IMG/VR virus record: IMGVR_UViG_3300032053_000108 | Span: 1 to 52,267 of that record | DNA length: 52,267 bases | Direction: 5' to 3' (one strand) | Origin: a virus | Taxonomy: Duplodnaviria > Caudoviricetes | Shown: one piece after another, positions 48,298-52,267 of the stretch | How positions within the stretch are numbered: the first letter of the stretch is position 1 | Layout of the letters: every line of letters starts with the position of its first letter | Notes under the pieces: model-generated | The model's input: the letters and a program-made list of their open reading frames with translations, nothing else | The model's database searches: none | Told to the model about the DNA's origin: nothing | Position numbers and translations under genes: made by a program

Positions 48298-48555
48298 GTG
48301 AAAAAGCCAGATGTTTACTTAAAAGAGTATTGCCAGCGTCTTTCGGATGATAACCTCAAGTTTATGACTGGAAGGTTGAATCAAAAATTGGGTGGCGATG
48401 TGGCAGAAATTCTTGATTTCCTCAGCAACGTGCGTGAGATTGATCGTTGGCTCGCTTCGGCATGTACCAGTAATGATCTTTTTGACATGATCGACCTTAT
48501 ACATTCATCAGTGGTGAAAGAATATGACCGTCGTTGCAGCAGCAATGCAGCCTGA
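48298..48555 (+). CDS. Hypothetical protein
   Basis: GGAG then GTG 48298; helical, 85 aa. Confidence 0.6.
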   Translation: MKKPDVYLKEYCQRLSDDNLKFMTGRLNQKLGGDVAEILDFLSNVREIDRWLASACTSNDLFDMIDLIHSSVVKEYDRRCSSNAA

Positions 48556-48744
48556 GCCTATCGCCAAGTGCTGCCAGTCTCCTCCAAAAAAATCCCGATT
48601 CTGGTTAGGATTCCTTTTCGGACTTCCTGTGTATCCATTGGCTATGCCGTGGCTACTACTTGGTCTTCCGGCTAGATACTCTGAAGCGTATCTTTGGCTG
48701 TATGTGGAATATATCAGATGCGTGATGCACACTTTGGGTGTCTC

Positions 48745-49284
48745 ATGAAAAAGGCATTTTTGGCAATTGACATATTGCTGATGTCAGCAATATCCGTATT
48801 TGCCGTCGATATTCCCAAAGATTGCCGTGTGGCAAATATTCCACCAGGATATTGCTGCTGGGCAAGCCTCGAAACTTTGGGCAAGGTCCACAAAATATCC
48901 AGCCTGGATGGTTTGCTGGAATCCAGGACCAAAGAAAACGATACGATTGTCGTTTATCCTGGTGGTTTGCATCATGTTGAGCCAAAAAATTATGGATACG
49001 ACCATGCCATAAGTTCTAAACTCACCGATCTCAAGGTGAAGTTTTGGATGAATTTCACTGGCAGTTTCGACCGATCTCTGTTAAAGTATGCTAACTCGCA
49101 TGGATGCTTGGTGGGGTTGAAGGCAGGTGCCAGGGGCAAACTCGGCCACGGCATTGTCTTGACCCATTACGATGACAAGATTATTCGGTTCTATGACTCC
49201 AACCAGTCGAACGACACTTGGGAAGGATCGAGAGAGTGGTTCGATTTTTGGTGGAGTGGTATGACCGTAGTGGTTGAAAAATGA
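48745..49284 (+). CDS. Secreted C39/papain-like cysteine peptidase
   Basis: Signal peptide, GYCCWASLE catalytic Cys, HGIVL, YDSN. Confidence 0.7.
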   Translation: MKKAFLAIDILLMSAISVFAVDIPKDCRVANIPPGYCCWASLETLGKVHKISSLDGLLESRTKENDTIVVYPGGLHHVEPKNYGYDHAISSKLTDLKVKFWMNFTGSFDRSLLKYANSHGCLVGLKAGARGKLGHGIVLTHYDDKIIRFYDSNQSNDTWEGSREWFDFWWSGMTVVVEK

Positions 49285-49673
49285 AGTTTCACACAAAAAA
49301 GACTGCCTATTTTGAGGCTCGTATATACATTGGCTCTCGTGTCAAGTATGACGGGCCTCAATTTTCGTTTTCCGAGCTTAGAGAAGCCATTGGATATTTC
49401 CAAACAAACAACGGGATTGAATCCAATCCAGTTCGCATAACTCCAACTACGTTTGTTTGGGAGAAGTACGAAGAAGAAGGATGGGAGATCGCAGTGATTG
49501 ACTATCCACGAGTAAGCAAGCCTCATGAAGTTTTGCGAAAATTCGCATACAACTTGGCGGTGCATTTGCTCGAACGGTTCGAGCAGAACCGAATGTCTAT
49601 TGTTTTTCCTGATGAAATAGTTATGCTGGAGGCCGATGACGCAGAAGAAAACAAATACAAAAGCAACGAGTAA
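49281..49673 (+). CDS. Hypothetical protein
   Basis: ATGA overlap; 130 aa. Confidence 0.7.
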   Translation: MKFHTKKTAYFEARIYIGSRVKYDGPQFSFSELREAIGYFQTNNGIESNPVRITPTTFVWEKYEEEGWEIAVIDYPRVSKPHEVLRKFAYNLAVHLLERFEQNRMSIVFPDEIVMLEADDAEENKYKSNE

Positions 49674-51735
49674 ACGTAAGGAGAAAAAGGTGCCGCCAGT
49701 AATCAAAGCTGAGGATCAGCCGGTCATTGTAGCTACTGCTGATTATCCCTACGCCAAATGGAAATTCGAGAAATTCAATCCGGTGCAAAGCCGGATCATG
49801 GATTTTTATGACAAGGATGTGAATGGTCTGATTGCCGCTATGACATCAGCAGGCAAGACCGTCGTTGCTGAAATGTTTCTTGCGCAAGAGATTCGCAAAC
49901 GTGGCGGCAAAGGCATGTTCCTTGCCCCGTTGCGTGCATTGGCCCGTGAAAAGATTACTGATTGGAAAGATGAAAAATATCACTTTGCCGATCAGAAGAT
50001 TTCCATCTGCACTGGCGACTATAGATTGACCAAAGAGCGATCCAAAGAGTTGAATGATGCCAATCTCATCATTATGACTTCGGAAATGCTCAATCACCGT
50101 AGTCGCAATCACAAAGCAGAACAAAACAACTGGTTACTTGATGTTGGCACGTTGATTATTGATGAAAGTCACTTGCTGACTGTTGCTGGTCGTGGCGACC
50201 ATTTGGAAGTCGGTTTGATGAAGTTCACCGAGATCAATCCCAAGGCTCGTCTTGTATTGCTTTCGGCGACGATGCCAAACGTCGAAGAGATTGCAGACTG
50301 GATCAGTTATTCTTTGACCAAGCGTGAAACCTTCATGCTCAGGTCCAAGTACCGTCCAGTTCCGCTCACGGTTCACTATGAGTCGTACTACGACACTGGC
50401 AAATACGATCAAGTTGAAGAAGAGAAAGTCAATAAGGCACTCGAAATTATTGAGTGGTATCCTGACGACAAATTCCTGGTCTTTGCTCATACAAAGCGCA
50501 CGGGCGAATTGATGAAGCAAAGCCTGCGATCTATTGGCGTAGAAGCACAGTTCCACAACGCTGACTTGCAGGCCGACGAGCGAGCCAAAGTGGAAGACCG
50601 ATTCCGCAACGATCCTAAGCTGCGTGTCATTGTTGCCACGTCCACTTTGGCATGGGGGTTAAATCTTCCTGCTCGACGTGTTATTATTCTTGGCGTCAAT
50701 CGTGGCATTAGTGAAGTGGAGTCATACGATATTCTTCAGATGATTGGCCGATCTGGTCGCCTGGGCATTGACCCGATGGGCGATGCTTATATTCTCGTGC
50801 CAGAAAGCGAAGAGGCAAAATATCGTCAAAAATTCAGCAAGCCAAATCGCATTGAGTCGCAGCTTTTAGAGAAAGTGGGCGACAAATACAAGGTGCTGGC
50901 CTTCCACCTTGTCAGTGAAATTCACCACGGCACAGTCTCTACCACAGACGACGTTCATGCTTGGTATAAGCGGTCGTTGGCATATTTCCAAAACAAGTCT
51001 CTGGATGAGACGGTTGTAGATCAGACTTTGAATTTGCTGAAGAAATGTAGTGCCGTGTGGGAAGAAAAAGGCGAAGAAGACGGAGAAGACAAGTGGACGT
51101 GCCGACCCATTGGTAAAGTCTCCAGCATGTTTTACTTCAGTCCGTTTGATGTTTCGGACTTGTACTTTAACTTCAAGAATCTCTTCGAGGACAAAAAAGA
51201 AGACAACGATTATTTCATCGCTACTGCCTTGGGCAATATTGATGGACAAAGGATGAATATCGTGTCTCGCATCGAGAAAGAAGAGATGAGTATGTTCGCT
51301 ACGAAGGTGCGAGCATTGATGCCAGGGAAGTTCTTCAACGATGCTTCTTTGAAAGCGAGCTTCTGTTACTTCAATCTGTTGAATGGAGTCAACGCTCAAG
51401 CCTGTGCTGCAACACAGAGGAACCTTCAGTTCGATTTTAATCGACTGTCTCAAGTGCTTCAAGCTCTTGATTCGTTTGGCGGCAATTGGCAACGTGATGG
51501 CTTCTTCAAGATGCTAGAAGGCCGTATCGTCAATGGTGTGCCAGGGCATTTAGTTGATTTGTGTCGGTTGGCAAATATTGGAAAAACACGGGCTACAAAA
51601 CTTTACAATGCAGGCTACAAGACCGTTGAATCTATTGCTGATATGGACTTCAATAAATTCAAAGAGATTGTCAACATGAAAGCTGATGCAGCCAAAGAGA
51701 TTATGGACTCTGCCAAGAAGTTCGCTCTGCTTTAA
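49636..51735 (+). CDS. Ski2/Hel308-like SF2 helicase with C-terminal HhH
   Basis: FNPVQ, TSAGKT, APLRALA.EK, DESH, LSATMPN, ATSTLAWGLNLPA, QMIGRSGR, NIGKTRA.KLY.AG. Confidence 0.9.
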   Translation: MTQKKTNTKATSKRKEKKVPPVIKAEDQPVIVATADYPYAKWKFEKFNPVQSRIMDFYDKDVNGLIAAMTSAGKTVVAEMFLAQEIRKRGGKGMFLAPLRALAREKITDWKDEKYHFADQKISICTGDYRLTKERSKELNDANLIIMTSEMLNHRSRNHKAEQNNWLLDVGTLIIDESHLLTVAGRGDHLEVGLMKFTEINPKARLVLLSATMPNVEEIADWISYSLTKRETFMLRSKYRPVPLTVHYESYYDTGKYDQVEEEKVNKALEIIEWYPDDKFLVFAHTKRTGELMKQSLRSIGVEAQFHNADLQADERAKVEDRFRNDPKLRVIVATSTLAWGLNLPARRVIILGVNRGISEVESYDILQMIGRSGRLGIDPMGDAYILVPESEEAKYRQKFSKPNRIESQLLEKVGDKYKVLAFHLVSEIHHGTVSTTDDVHAWYKRSLAYFQNKSLDETVVDQTLNLLKKCSAVWEEKGEEDGEDKWTCRPIGKVSSMFYFSPFDVSDLYFNFKNLFEDKKEDNDYFIATALGNIDGQRMNIVSRIEKEEMSMFATKVRALMPGKFFNDASLKASFCYFNLLNGVNAQACAATQRNLQFDFNRLSQVLQALDSFGGNWQRDGFFKMLEGRIVNGVPGHLVDLCRLANIGKTRATKLYNAGYKTVESIADMDFNKFKEIVNMKADAAKEIMDSAKKFALL

Positions 51736-52267
51736 CGGCGAGCTTTGGCAATTCTCTGCAAGAGCTTTTGCTTGCTGAGGTAGGTTTTCTGGCTCCCTGT
51801 TATCACTGATCGTTGCTTGAATGCAGCGAACGAAGTTGATCCACTGCACGCTCCTAACAGGGAGCCAGTGCTGCTTACTAAGCAGCACGAGCAGCACATC
51901 ACCGATGGCGGCGTGATTGATACGCCGACTCCTCCACAGTCTGCGACTGATACGCTAGTTCCTCCACCATTGATGGAGCAACTAAAACTTCCGCTACAGG
52001 CGCTTCCACATCCAGATAGCGATACCGTTCCTGCCCCAATTGCAGTAAACGAAAATCCCGATCCATAAAGGCAGCAGCCTGATGTGGACAACGTGATCGT
52101 TATTGTGGTGCATGGTATAGAACAGGAGGCCATGTCCATCACTGGTGTATCTTGTGCGAACACATATCCGTCCTCGGTGGTGCCACCATTGAACATATAT
52201 GCCGGATATTCAAAGTCAGGAAATTCTACATCTAAGCTAGGCGCACGAAACGCTGGTGGAGTAACTA
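51732..52267 (-). CDS. Cys/Ser/Gly-rich protein (partial, frame open to right edge)
   Basis: Frame stays open upstream of 52196 (VTPPAFRAPSLDVEFPDFEYPAY); many Cys; possibly virion-associated. Confidence 0.6.
   Translation of the reverse strand, partial: VTPPAFRAPSLDVEFPDFEYPAYMFNGGTTEDGYVFAQDTPVMDMASCSIPCTTITITLSTSGCCLYGSGFSFTAIGAGTVSLSGCGSACSGSFSCSINGGGTSVSVADCGGVGVSITPPSVMCCSCCLVSSTGSLLGACSGSTSFAAFKQRSVITGSQKTYLSKQKLLQRIAKARR

Noticed and set aside
1-52267. Stop-codon reassignment or tRNA genes
   Set aside because: Conserved genes are intact under the standard code and all three stops are used; no cloverleaf was recognised by eye (tRNAscan-SE not run).

Overview
A 52 kb segment of a large, T4-like (gp23/gp32/gp41/UvsX-type genes) bacteriophage genome, apparently using the standard genetic code. 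It has four main parts. (1) Replication/recombination genes: a compact family A DNA polymerase that seems to lack the thumb subdomain, DnaB/gp41 helicase, gp32-like SSB, RecA/UvsX, Ski2/Hel308-like helicase, HhH glycosylase, dCMP deaminase and a sigma-like factor. (2) A ~15 kb glycan-modification island at 20-35.7 kb. (3) A three-gene tRNA/RNA end-repair operon. (4) Auxiliary metabolic genes, homing endonucleases and a stray, internally shortened major-capsid homolog. The most striking unexplained signals are non-coding: a ~595-nt highly structured element (11164-11758) just upstream of the thumbless polymerase, a ~170-nt pseudoknotted RNA candidate with its own terminator (21814-22024), a covarying hairpin upstream of polA, ssb and recA, and a late-promoter-like heptamer about 5 nt before SD-less start codons. 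Six proteins share an N-terminal motif resembling the T4 capsid-targeting sequence. All calls come from reading the sequence and recognising motifs; no database searches or folding programs were run.
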